Positions 19,713-28,873 of a DNA stretch of 64,000 nucleotides are shown piece by piece. The translations under genes and the position numbers were made by a program. Source of the stretch: an uncultured Acidobacteriaceae bacterium (lineage in GTDB: Bacteria > Acidobacteriota > Terriglobia > Terriglobales > Acidobacteriaceae); assembly GCA_963743135.1 (NCBI GenBank), contig CAVUON010000005.1, positions 499,732-563,731 on the forward strand, read 5' to 3'. How positions within the stretch are numbered: position 1 is the first letter of the stretch; every line of letters begins with the position of its first letter. Below the pieces are notes generated by a model. The model saw only the letters and a list, made by a program, of their open reading frames with translations, searched no databases and was not told where the DNA came from.

Positions 19713-20951
19713 CTATTGTCCGCCTGCGAATGGGTAAAATGCGGCGGACGCGCCCACCCATTCCTGATCGCGGTTATGGTCTACGCCCATCATCTTGCCG
19801 CGTCCCAGCCGCACCAGAGAGATCACGGGCTCCAAATTTCCGCTATCCGGCCACAGATACAGGATGCGCACCTCAGGCTGCGTCGCCCCGAATGGTGTAT
19901 CCACCACCTGCTCAAAGTGCACCCTCTGCTGCAAAAGAAATTCATGGCGCTGCTGTTTCGGAATCGCCGCAAGGGTCTCGTCCGAGGGGGCGAATTCAAT
20001 TCCCTTTCCCGCAAACGAAAATAGAGGCTTCAAAATCCATTGTTCGCGGTCTTCCGGCAGCTTGTCATCGCCCTTCCCGGCCAGCCAGTCATCAAGAAAG
20101 ACCGCCGATGGAACGGCAGGATGATCCAGGTAGGGGATGGAAAATTTGCTGATATGGAAGTACCAGTTCGGGTGTCCGGCCCATTCCAGGTCGAACGGTT
20201 CGCGGTAGTCGAAGGGCAGCTCGATCTGCTTGCGTATCAGCTCGTCGACGATGGCCCGGTTATAGATGCGCCGGATCGGGACGAGTTTTTTGCCTTTGCG
20301 GTAAGAGAGACGGATCGGCTTACCGTGGCGGACCTCGGGCACCAGTTCCGTGATATCAACGATTTCAATGCCGAGACGCCCGGCGGTGAGCAGGAAATCG
20401 GGCAGTGTCTTCTGCTTCCTGGGTTCGACTTCGGTCAGCACGACATTCTCCGGATCGTGCCCGTGCACGATGACGCGCTCCATCAGCTTCCAGAAGCTCG
20501 TTTCGCTATGGCCTCCGAGCAAATAACCGAGCGAACCATCGAGCTGATAGGTTGAGCGATAGAGTTCTGAAAGCACGATCTGGAAAGCAAACACCGATGG
20601 GAAGGCCTGCAGTTCCACCAGCTTCGGCGTCAGCCTTCCGTTACGGTCACGCACCAGCCCAAAATCGGCGGTCATGAAATGCGGATGCGGCGTCTCATCC
20701 GCCGCACAATACTTCTCAGGAATCATCGCGCGCGAGGCTTGCAAATAGCTCTTGTCTTCGACGAGACGGCGCGTTAATTCCCCGCCGATTGCCGCGATCT
20801 CATCGAGCATTTCTTTTGGAAAGAAGCACGGCGTCTCAGCTATGCGGAATTCGACGTGCGTGCCTGCACGCGCATCGAGGCTATGCAGCATATTGCGGTA
20901 TGCTTCCGGGCGATACCGGCGGTTGAAGTCGTGGCGAAAGGATGCAATCAC
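19713..20951 (-). CDS. ATP-grasp-like amidoligase (glutathionylspermidine-synthase / permuted ATP-grasp-like), uncharacterised
   Basis: C-terminal half carries WILKPLFSFAGKGIEF ... EVRILYLW ... LVRLGRGKMMGVDHN, resembling GspS-type ATP-grasp cores. GTG start. Confidence 0.5.
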   Translation of the reverse strand: MIASFRHDFNRRYRPEAYRNMLHSLDARAGTHVEFRIAETPCFFPKEMLDEIAAIGGELTRRLVEDKSYLQASRAMIPEKYCAADETPHPHFMTADFGLVRDRNGRLTPKLVELQAFPSVFAFQIVLSELYRSTYQLDGSLGYLLGGHSETSFWKLMERVIVHGHDPENVVLTEVEPRKQKTLPDFLLTAGRLGIEIVDITELVPEVRHGKPIRLSYRKGKKLVPIRRIYNRAIVDELIRKQIELPFDYREPFDLEWAGHPNWYFHISKFSIPYLDHPAVPSAVFLDDWLAGKGDDKLPEDREQWILKPLFSFAGKGIEFAPSDETLAAIPKQQRHEFLLQQRVHFEQVVDTPFGATQPEVRILYLWPDSGNLEPVISLVRLGRGKMMGVDHNRDQEWVGASAAFYPFAGGQ

Positions 20952-21008
20952 GGTATGGAGTCCCGGGCAACAGAGTACCGCAAATGGTCGGCGAATATCG
21001 TCTGGCGA

Positions 21009-22055
21009 TTACGGGTCTACAAGGAACTTCCCGTCGCGCATGATCTGTTCTTCGTCTGCCCAGATGTTGAACCGCAGACCTACAACATCGATGTGCGTAG
21101 TCGAAGTCCACGGTGCACCCGTATGTTCGCCATAGGGGTTGCCGAATGCAATGTGGATGCCGGGAAATTTCTCGTCCTGCAGAATATTGCCGATCACATG
21201 CTCAATACCCAAATTCGTGCCGATAGCAAACTCGCCTACGCGGTCGGAGTTCTCATCCGTGTGCGTATAAGCCCAGAAATCGCCACGCAGCTGCTGGTTG
21301 TCTGAATGACAATCGACGATGCGGTTGCCCTTGATCTCAATGGTCAACGGCGTAGACGCAAGCAGACCGTAGCGGAAACAGAGATAGTCGCCAACAACAC
21401 CATCGACGACGAAAGTGCCATTGACTTCGCCGGGAGTGGTGAATATTTCACCGCCGGGTAGATTGCCCCACTTCTCACGTGAAATGAGACCGGAGGTTTT
21501 GAGCCACTTGTAATTCGGGTTCAATTCGGCACGAATATCAGTGCCAGCAGACGTGGTGGCGCGGACGTAGCTGGCGCGCCGCACTTTTTCGATGACCTTC
21601 TGGCTGAGGCGATCAACGAGTTGGAAATCGGCGCGCATGCCTTCGCACATAATCTGCGGAGTGATATTGACCATGTGCGCGTGGCGCATGCGACGACGAT
21701 TAACGACTTCGGTCATCTGCATACGCGAACGCAGCTCATTCTGCTGCACCTGCACGGCAAAAATGCTGACGTCCGACGTCTCCATGTCTTCAAGAACGAC
21801 AGCCGGCATATTCTTGAGCGGACGGGAGGCGAAGTCCTCAAGCGTGAAAGCATTCCAGTTGCAGCCATTTGCTACCAGCTCGGCGGCAATGGCCGCGGCG
21901 ATCGGAGCAGTTTCACGATCGGTTATCAGGGTGACTTTTTCTTTTTGCTCGATGCGCAGGCAAGTAAAAACAGCAGCGTGCGCTCCTGGCGCGAACTCTT
22001 GAGGAAAGGGCGTGTCAAGCAGCGCCTGGACTTGCGGTGTTGCGGAATAAGTCAT
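21009..22055 (-). CDS. M29-family aminopeptidase (AmpS/PepS-like)
   Basis: GGEIFTTP, EFAIGTN, QDEKFPGIHIAFG motifs of thermophilic metalloprotease family M29. Confidence 0.75.
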   Translation of the reverse strand: MTYSATPQVQALLDTPFPQEFAPGAHAAVFTCLRIEQKEKVTLITDRETAPIAAAIAAELVANGCNWNAFTLEDFASRPLKNMPAVVLEDMETSDVSIFAVQVQQNELRSRMQMTEVVNRRRMRHAHMVNITPQIMCEGMRADFQLVDRLSQKVIEKVRRASYVRATTSAGTDIRAELNPNYKWLKTSGLISREKWGNLPGGEIFTTPGEVNGTFVVDGVVGDYLCFRYGLLASTPLTIEIKGNRIVDCHSDNQQLRGDFWAYTHTDENSDRVGEFAIGTNLGIEHVIGNILQDEKFPGIHIAFGNPYGEHTGAPWTSTTHIDVVGLRFNIWADEEQIMRDGKFLVDP

Positions 22056-22124
22056 TCTCGATATGGCTACCTTCTGGCTATAGCTCTAGGGTATCGAAAA
22101 ATGGCTGCAAATGGGTATCTATCT

Positions 22125-23237
22125 CTAGCCGTCGAACAGGCCGACCTGCGTCTCTTCCGACATGTAATCGACTACTGCATTGAGATCATTGGTTTCCTCG
22201 AACTTGCGCAGCTGGCGGTCAGCCCCCGTTCCCATCTCCAGAATTTGGCGGATGTAAGCGATCGGTTCGTGGCTGTCAAGCTCGTCGACAACTTCGGCAA
22301 TGAAATCCAGATATTCGAGAATCAGTTCGCGCTCCGGCACTTCTATCTCTTTGCCGAAATCGATGAGCTTGCCATCGAGTCCGTAGCGCACGGCTCGCCA
22401 CTTATTTTCCATGATGAGGGCACGGGAATAATGGCGAAAGTCCTGATTGCGTTCGTGCAAACGGTAAAGCGTTACCGCTGTGGCCTGAATGAGCGCCGCA
22501 ATGGCCAGGGTTTCTTCGGCGCGCATGGGCAGATCGCAGATCCGCACTTCGACAGTATTGAAGAAAGGATGGGGGCGGACGTCCCACCAGATTTTCTTGG
22601 CGTTGTCGAGACAATTGGTCTTGATAAGCAGGTTGACGAACGCTTCATACTGGGCAAAGCTGTCAAAACGGTCGGGAATATTGGTGCGCGGAAACTTGTC
22701 GAAAACCTTCGAGCGATAACTCTTGAGGCCAGTCTTCATGCCACGCCAGAAGGGTGAATTTGTAGAAAGAGCCAGAATGTGCGGAAGAAAATAGTGCATG
22801 GAATTCATGATGCGGATCGCGACTTCCCGGTCTTCCACGCCAATATGCACATGCAGTCCAAAGATCAGGTTCGCGCGCGCCACAAGCTGCAGATCCTCCA
22901 CCACCTGCGCATAGCGGGGATCGGGGTAAATCTCCTGCGTGCGCCAGTCGGCAAAGGGGTGCGTAGCCCCTGCCACCAGCAATAAATCGTGCTCACGCGC
23001 AAGAGAGATCATGTGCCGCCGCAAATCGAATAGATCATTACGCGCTTCTTTCATGTTTTTACAGATGCACGTGCCAACTTCGATGACCGACTGGTGCATC
23101 TCCGCCTTAACGCGCTCCGCCAGCCGGCGCTGGCCTTTGGCAAGCATCTCCGTCGATAAGTGCGAGCGCAGGTCACGCGTCACAGGATCGACGGTCTGGT
23201 ATTCCTCTTCAATGCCAATCGTGAATGAAGGCCGCAT
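22125..23237 (-). CDS. Carboxylate-amine ligase, GCS2/YbdK family (COG2170)
   Basis: FTIGIEEEYQ N-terminus, GLHVHIGV, STNSPFW, WWDVRP motifs. Confidence 0.85.
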   Translation of the reverse strand: MRPSFTIGIEEEYQTVDPVTRDLRSHLSTEMLAKGQRRLAERVKAEMHQSVIEVGTCICKNMKEARNDLFDLRRHMISLAREHDLLLVAGATHPFADWRTQEIYPDPRYAQVVEDLQLVARANLIFGLHVHIGVEDREVAIRIMNSMHYFLPHILALSTNSPFWRGMKTGLKSYRSKVFDKFPRTNIPDRFDSFAQYEAFVNLLIKTNCLDNAKKIWWDVRPHPFFNTVEVRICDLPMRAEETLAIAALIQATAVTLYRLHERNQDFRHYSRALIMENKWRAVRYGLDGKLIDFGKEIEVPERELILEYLDFIAEVVDELDSHEPIAYIRQILEMGTGADRQLRKFEETNDLNAVVDYMSEETQVGLFDG

Positions 23238-23368
23238 GAGATTGGCCGTCCAAGTGTTTACGAAACGCCTGGCACGGCATTGCTCCTTTAAAGGTCAAAA
23301 CTGCTGGTGGAAAGTGTAGGCCCTTTTTCATCAAAACGGGACTATCGTGAAATCAAGCTCCTCGGCAG

Positions 23369-24376
23369 TCAGCCCGTCTTTTCAGATTTCGATTTCTTCG
23401 CGGATTTGCCCTTGGCCGGGATCTTCTTCTTTGCAGCACGCTCGCTCGCAGCGCCGAGAAAGGCTCCCCAGTGGAACTCCTGTATGGCGGGAGCCGACTT
23501 CGCTTTCTTTACGGCCAGTGCGGCAACCGTGTCGACGATCCAGTCAAAGTTCTTCTGCCCGACCGAGTGCAGGTCCGCATCGGGCGCTGGATTCATGAAG
23601 TCAATGGCGTAGGGCACGCCGTCTTCCACGGCAAATTCGACCGTGTTCAAGTCGTAGCCAAGCGCCTTGCACAATGCCAGCGCGTCTTTTTCTACACGAT
23701 CGATCAGCTTTTTGTCGTACTCGGGCGGGTCGAGCACATAACGCTGCGCATGCGGACGGCGAGGATCATACGGCATGATGTGGACTTTTTCCTGCCCGAC
23801 AACATAGCAACGGAAGTACTCATTGAACTTCACCGCGCGCTGCAGGGTCATGCAAAGGTCGCGGCTCTGGTCATAAGCGCGAAAAAACTCCTCAGGATTA
23901 TGCACATGATGCACATCGCGCCAGCCGCCGCCGTCGACCGGCTTCAGAAATGAGGGAAATCCGACATACTCGAATATCTCGTCCCAGTTCAGTGGAAATT
24001 CGAGGTTACGCATGGAACGCTCAGTTGTTCCGGGCGGCAGGTGCTTATGCGGAAGGATCACCGTCGGCGGCACGGCCACACCCAGCTTTGCGGCCAGCGA
24101 GTAATTGAAGAACTTGTCGTCAGCCGACCACCAAAACGGATTGTTGATGATGGCCGTGCCATTAAGAAGCGCATGCTTCAGAAACGCGCGGTAGAACGGA
24201 ATATCATGCGAGATGCGGTCAACAATGACCGCATAGGCGGGCGCCTTGTCCAGCCGGATGCCGCCGATATGCACGAACTCCGCGCTGATGCCGTCGAGTT
24301 TCATGGAATTGATGCGCTCCACCAGTGCACCGGGGAAAGTATTTTCCATGCCGAAGAGAACGCCGATTTTTTTCAC
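23369..24376 (-). CDS. ATP-grasp ligase (RimK/glutathione-synthetase-like) with Lys-rich C-terminal tail
   Basis: FPSFLKPVDGGGWRDV, YFRCYVVG, VEFAV..G.PYAIDFMN ATP-grasp pattern. Tail is AAKKKIPAKGKSAKKSKSEKTG. GTG start. Confidence 0.7.
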   Translation of the reverse strand: MKKIGVLFGMENTFPGALVERINSMKLDGISAEFVHIGGIRLDKAPAYAVIVDRISHDIPFYRAFLKHALLNGTAIINNPFWWSADDKFFNYSLAAKLGVAVPPTVILPHKHLPPGTTERSMRNLEFPLNWDEIFEYVGFPSFLKPVDGGGWRDVHHVHNPEEFFRAYDQSRDLCMTLQRAVKFNEYFRCYVVGQEKVHIMPYDPRRPHAQRYVLDPPEYDKKLIDRVEKDALALCKALGYDLNTVEFAVEDGVPYAIDFMNPAPDADLHSVGQKNFDWIVDTVAALAVKKAKSAPAIQEFHWGAFLGAASERAAKKKIPAKGKSAKKSKSEKTG

Positions 24377-24507
24377 GTCTGCAGCCTCTTGATCAAGATG
24401 CGATACCCGCCGTCAGCGCAGTTCCCGGCGGCTTCACTTGCGCTTCCACAATACACCCGTTGGCAACAGGTTTTCGCTAATTTGCCAATTTGCTGACTCC
24501 CGCAATC

Positions 24508-25218
24508 TCAGAGATACTCGTTCATCATGCGCGCCCAGGTCGGCCAGTCGTGACTGTTCCACGAGTCCCAGATATAGAGCTGGTGCGGGATACCCTTTTC
24601 ACCCATGAGGCGCGAAAGATACTGATTCGAGCCGAGACATTGGTCATCCCAGCCTGTGGCCAGTAAATACGTATTGTGCCTGTAGCGGTCGAAATACCAT
24701 GGGTCAGACAATTTCGGAACGTAGTGCGTGGGTGTGTGGAAGTAGACGTCATTGTCATAATAGCCGTGCAGGAAGCTGGTCTGGTCAAAGGCGCCACTCA
24801 TTGAGAGGAAACCGGTGAAGCGGTCGGGGTGGCGCAGCGCGAGGTTGACGGCATGGTATCCGCCAAAGCTGCAGCCCAGGGCAATGAGGTTCGGGTCGCC
24901 GTTCTTCAGGTGGACCAGGGGCAGTACTTCATCCATCACATAGTTCTCGTATTGCGCGTGACGGGCGATGCGCCATTGAGGAGAAACATTGCGGTTGTAC
25001 CAACTCTCCGCATCGACGCTGTCTAGGCAATAGAGCTGCAACTGGCCGTTTTCTATCTTGTGCCAGAGGGCATTAATCATTCCGCGATCCTCAAACTCGT
25101 AAAAGCGCCCCTGGGATGAGGGAAACACAATGGCCTGCACGCCCGAGTGTCCGAAGACCAGCAATTCCATGTCGCGCCCGAGGCGAGACGACCACCATTT
25201 GTGATATTCGCGGTTCAT
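24508..25218 (-). CDS. Esterase-D/'putative esterase' (PF00756-like) alpha/beta hydrolase
   Basis: GCSFGG nucleophile elbow and DRFTGFLSMSG. ATG 25218 preferred over the GTG at 25269. Confidence 0.7.
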   Translation of the reverse strand: MNREYHKWWSSRLGRDMELLVFGHSGVQAIVFPSSQGRFYEFEDRGMINALWHKIENGQLQLYCLDSVDAESWYNRNVSPQWRIARHAQYENYVMDEVLPLVHLKNGDPNLIALGCSFGGYHAVNLALRHPDRFTGFLSMSGAFDQTSFLHGYYDNDVYFHTPTHYVPKLSDPWYFDRYRHNTYLLATGWDDQCLGSNQYLSRLMGEKGIPHQLYIWDSWNSHDWPTWARMMNEYL

Positions 25219-25301
25219 GATTTCGTTCTCATTCCTGCTACTCTGGAGCGTAACAGGCGGCGTGGTCACGCATCACAAAGAGGAGCGCACCGCGACCGCC
25301 A

Positions 25302-26177
25302 ATGAAGAAACGTAGAGGAAACAGCAGCGAGTTGGCAACAGAGATTCCAGATATTCCTGCGAACGATCAAGTCCTCGATCTTCCGGCGCTTCCTGCCCGC
25401 GTCAAGGTACATCCCCAATTTCACAGTCGCTTTCTGGAACATGACCGCGACATCTCCGTCTACGTGCCTCCAGGGTACGAGGAAGAGCCGCATCGTGACT
25501 TCCCAGTGCTTTACCTGCACGATGGACAGAACCTTTTCGATCCGCGCACGTCCTTTGTTCGTGGACAGACCTGGCGCGTGGCGGAGACTGCCGATGTGGT
25601 CATCGAGGCGCGAGAAGTCGAACCGCTCGTCATCGTAGGCATCGCCAATTCCGGCGAGCAGCGGCTCGCGGAGTACACGCCCGTCCGCGACAGAAAGCTG
25701 GGCGGCGGCGAAGCGGGCAAATATGGAAGACTCATCACAGAGGAGCTGATGCCTTTTATCAGATCGAACTACCGCACGCTCGAAGGGCCGGCGCATACCG
25801 GTTTGGGAGGGTCTTCACTCGGCGGATTAGCGACGCTCTACCTTGGTCTGAAGTATTCTAAGATTTTCGGTCGGCTTGCCGCGCTTTCGCCCTCCATCTG
25901 GTGGGGTAAGAAAAACATCATCGGTTACGTAAATGAAGCGAGGCCAGCGTGCAGGCCGCGCATCTGGCTGGACATTGGCGACGCGGAAGGACCTCGCGCT
26001 CTTGCGGATGCCGATCTGCTGGAACGTCGGCTCAAGGCACGTGGCTGGCGGACCAACATCGACCTACACTATGAGCACATTGCCGGAGGCACGCACGACG
26101 AAGCGGCTTGGGCGGAACGAGTCGGCCCGATGCTGCGGTTTCTCTACCCTGCCGTGAGGCGAGAGAATCTGGAGTAA
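25302..26177 (+). CDS. Esterase, enterochelin-esterase-like (PF00756-like)
   Basis: VYVPPGY, FPVLYLHDGQNLF, GGSSLGG nucleophile elbow. Divergent from the ligase operon. Confidence 0.75.
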   Translation: MKKRRGNSSELATEIPDIPANDQVLDLPALPARVKVHPQFHSRFLEHDRDISVYVPPGYEEEPHRDFPVLYLHDGQNLFDPRTSFVRGQTWRVAETADVVIEAREVEPLVIVGIANSGEQRLAEYTPVRDRKLGGGEAGKYGRLITEELMPFIRSNYRTLEGPAHTGLGGSSLGGLATLYLGLKYSKIFGRLAALSPSIWWGKKNIIGYVNEARPACRPRIWLDIGDAEGPRALADADLLERRLKARGWRTNIDLHYEHIAGGTHDEAAWAERVGPMLRFLYPAVRRENLE

Positions 26178-26399
26178 GCGCGAGATGGAGCGCAATCCAA
26201 CCATGGGTGGTTGCTACAATTTTCACCGTTCCTTTCACTGACGGGGAAAGCTCTCCGGCCAGCTCAAGAGTTTGCTGCAAAAAGAGTTGGAGCGGCTGCG
26301 GCGATCCGCAGGCTTGTCGTAACAGGCCAGCGCAACCAGCTCCAACAGCACAATGCTGCCGGTCCGAAATCCTGCAAGTGTTCAGCGAACTGCATGCGT

Positions 26400-26630
26400 T
26401 CAGTGAAGGAGCCGCAGTGCTTTGCCCTTGTGCATGGCGATATGATCGGTCTTATCGCTCTTGATCTCGTACTGCGGATCATCCTTGCTCGCGTGATGGA
26501 CGTAGCCTTTGTAGTTCAGGTCCGTCGTATGCACCCGCACGATATGGCCACTGACCCGGCCAGCTTCGGAGTTCCAGGCTACATGATCACCGACTTTGAA
26601 TGCCTGCGCCATGAACTTATGGTATTGCAT
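26400..26630 (-). CDS. DUF2945 (HVA/Tudor-like) small protein
   Basis: KVGDHVAWNSEAGRVSGHIV...KDDPQYEIKSDKTDHIAMHKGKAL matches the DUF2945 pattern. The start may be the ATG at 26612. Confidence 0.65.
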   Translation of the reverse strand: MQYHKFMAQAFKVGDHVAWNSEAGRVSGHIVRVHTTDLNYKGYVHHASKDDPQYEIKSDKTDHIAMHKGKALRLLH

Positions 26631-26727
26631 CTCATGGGCATGATGCTGCCGTGATTGCGTCGAGATGCGAGAGCATCTTTCCGCGACTGGCAGACTGGAA
26701 GTCAGGTACTACAAAGAGGCTCCTTCG

Positions 26728-26922
26728 ATGCAGGAGTACGACCTCTATATCAATCCGCAAAAGCCAACTCTAGGTCTCTATGTGCGCACGGGCGCGGGTC
26801 TCCCCGATCTTGCCGACCCCAGGCAAGGGGTTTTTGAGAGCACGCTGGCCGGGAACGAGTTATCCAGCGAGCTCGTGCAAAGGATCAACGTCCATGGTCA
26901 TGCCTTCCAGGAACTGGACTGA
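26728..26922 (+). CDS. Small hypothetical protein (64 aa)
   Basis: ORF only (MQEYDLYINPQKPTLGLYVRTGAGLPDLADP...). No family recognised. Confidence 0.3.
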   Translation: MQEYDLYINPQKPTLGLYVRTGAGLPDLADPRQGVFESTLAGNELSSELVQRINVHGHAFQELD

Positions 26923-26989
26923 TTCGTAAATCGCGTCAGCACACCCGCAAGCAATTCATTTCATCGGTTGGGCACGCTACGGTTGAACC

Positions 26990-27834
26990 GAACGGTTGAC
27001 GGTGCCGCCGAATTGGCGTGCTGCGAACGGCTCATTGGATTCTCCATGGAGTTCCGCAAGGCGCGCCAGCAGCGGGGCAAGTGGCGGGCAATGAGTCTTC
27101 GTGCGTATGAGATGACCGGATCAGTCCCGTGAAACGATAGGACCCTATCAGGGCCGCCCGGCCAAAGATGAGTGAAAAATCGCCAATGCACTCGTCGAGG
27201 GTCAGCGAACCTCTCAACCACGAGTGCGTTCTAGATGGCGTTTGATACTGGCACATCAGAGGTTCACGCAACGTGTGATGGTCCTTTTGGCCGGTACGAC
27301 CGGTTTGCGCCGGTCCGAACTGATCGCGCTCACGTGGCGAGATGTTTGCTTCGTCAACCTTCATATCGAAGTGAACAAGTCATGTGTTCGTGCTCAGATC
27401 GGCGAGACGAAGACGGTTGCTAGCGCCAAGCCCGTTTCTTTGCATCCAGTGGTTGGGAGGCGCTTCAAGAATGGCAACGGACAACCCCATACGCTGACGG
27501 TAGCGACTTCCTCTTTCCTTCAATACGGAATAACGGCGCGATCCCGGTTTGGCCGGATGTGATTCTTCAGAAAATCATCCGTCCTGCGGCTCAGCGTGCC
27601 GGGATTACCGGCAAGGTTGTGGGATGGCATACCTTTCGTCATTCGCTGGGCACGAACCTGTGGTTTCTGGGAGTCGATGTAAAGACAGCTCAGGAGCTGC
27701 TTCGCCACGCCAACGCCAAAATCACCCTTGACCTCTACACTCAGGCAACCTCTTCCCAGAAGCGGGAAGCGAGCGCCAAGGTGGTAGAAATGCTGCTCCC
27801 GATGGGACTCGGGCAAAATACTCAGCACCCTTGA
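26990..27834 (+). pseudogene. Tyrosine recombinase/phage integrase remnant (5'-truncated, frameshifted)
   Basis: Catalytic-domain motifs are split over frames: LLAGTTGLRRSELIALTWRDV (frame of 27224) and WEALQEW...GWHTFRHSLGT...LLRHANAKITLDLYTQ (frame of 27559). The shift is near 27451-27458. Upstream homology is patchy with stops. The left boundary is approximate. Confidence 0.7.
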
Positions 27835-27887
27835 AAACGGAAAAAGGTAGCAGTCGGCTTTGCAGGTGATTGATTTTCCATGGTCTA

Positions 27888-27962
27888 TGGTGGGCGCAGC
27901 AGGGATCGAACCTACGACTTCCACCGTGTGAAGGTGGCACTCTACCGCTGAGTTATGCGCCC
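27888..27962 (-). tRNA. tRNA-Val (anticodon CAC), CCA encoded
   Basis: Reverse complement folds as a cloverleaf: GGGCGCA-TA-ACTC-AGCGGTA-GAGT-G-CCACC-TTCACAC-GGTGG-AAGTC-GTAGG-TTCGATC-CCTGC-TGCGCCC-A-CCA. Confidence 0.9.
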
Positions 27963-28066
27963 CGGGGCGGGAACTTTTTCAGAGTATCACTCTTGTTCCG
28001 GGGCTGCCAGTCGGCGGTCTTCGGCTTGTGACGGGATTTCCCGGATACAATCTTTTTACCTGCTCA

Positions 28067-28849
28067 ATGGCCCATCGTGAACCAGATTCGTCCCCCGACT
28101 CGCACGCGTCGTTTCAAGCATCTGAGGGGAAATCCAGCGACGAAAACGACCTGCTGGAACCGCAACCAGATGAGGAAAACGGGGTTGAAGAAGACATGGC
28201 TACCGTTGCTCTTGATCGGCCACTTTCTGGTGCTTCGCAGTCCGGGACCGTCAGTCGCAGGACGGCGGGGGACTGGGGCGTCATGACGGACGCGGAGATC
28301 ATGCTCCGCGTGCGGGAGGGCGATGACGCCGGATACGACATCCTGATCCGGAAGTATCATAAGCCGATCATCAACTTCATGTTCCGCATGGTGCATAACC
28401 AGGCGGTGGCGGAGGAGCTGGCGCAGGAGGTCTTTCTGAGGGTTTACCGGTCGCGGCAGACGTACCGGGCGGAGGCCAAGTTTACGACGTGGCTCTACCG
28501 GATTGCGACCAACCTGGGCGTGAATCATGCGCGGGACACGAAGTATGAGCGGACGGCGCAGAGCGTCTATCTCGACCAGCCCGATCCGGAGACGGGAACG
28601 ACTCCCGATGTGGCGGATATGACGGCTTCGGTTGAGGAGAGCCTGGTTCGGGATGAGCGGATGGCAGCGATTCGCAAGCATGTGATGGCGTTGCCGGAGC
28701 GGCAGCGGACTGCCGTGCTGATGCACAAGTATCAGGATATGGATTATAAGCAGATCGGCGAGGTGCTGAAACTGAGCGAGTCGGCTACGAAGTCGCTGCT
28801 TTTCAGGGCTTACCAGACGCTGCGGGAACGCTTGAAGGATTTTGTTTAA
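28067..28849 (+). CDS. ECF-type sigma-70 factor with acidic N-terminal extension
   Basis: Region 2 (FRMVHNQAVAEELAQEVFLRVY, TWLYRIATN) and region 4 (LPERQRTAVLMHKYQDMDYKQIGEVL). The start is uncertain (28028/28067/later Met). Confidence 0.8.
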   Translation: MAHREPDSSPDSHASFQASEGKSSDENDLLEPQPDEENGVEEDMATVALDRPLSGASQSGTVSRRTAGDWGVMTDAEIMLRVREGDDAGYDILIRKYHKPIINFMFRMVHNQAVAEELAQEVFLRVYRSRQTYRAEAKFTTWLYRIATNLGVNHARDTKYERTAQSVYLDQPDPETGTTPDVADMTASVEESLVRDERMAAIRKHVMALPERQRTAVLMHKYQDMDYKQIGEVLKLSESATKSLLFRAYQTLRERLKDFV

Positions 28850-28873
28850 GGTATTGAGAAACAGGGGAATTTT

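Larger units (their letters stand above)
11965..27908. mobile_element. ~16 kb tRNA-Val-associated genomic island, probably immobilised (integrase decayed)
   Basis: Bounded by the direct repeats above. A tyrosine-recombinase remnant lies next to the tRNA 3' end. Contains truncated genes. Confidence 0.55.

Noticed and set aside
23270-23284. Sigma-54-like promoter motif TGGCACGGCATTGCT in the GCS2/ATP-grasp intergenic region
   Set aside because: The GG-to-GC spacing is one nucleotide short of the -24/-12 consensus. The motif is on the plus strand, pointing antisense into the minus-strand ATP-grasp gene, and no enhancer-binding protein gene is nearby.
26178-26399. Gap after the second esterase, examined for a small gene or island junction
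   Set aside because: Only short, non-convincing reading frames were found, with no repeats or motifs I could support.
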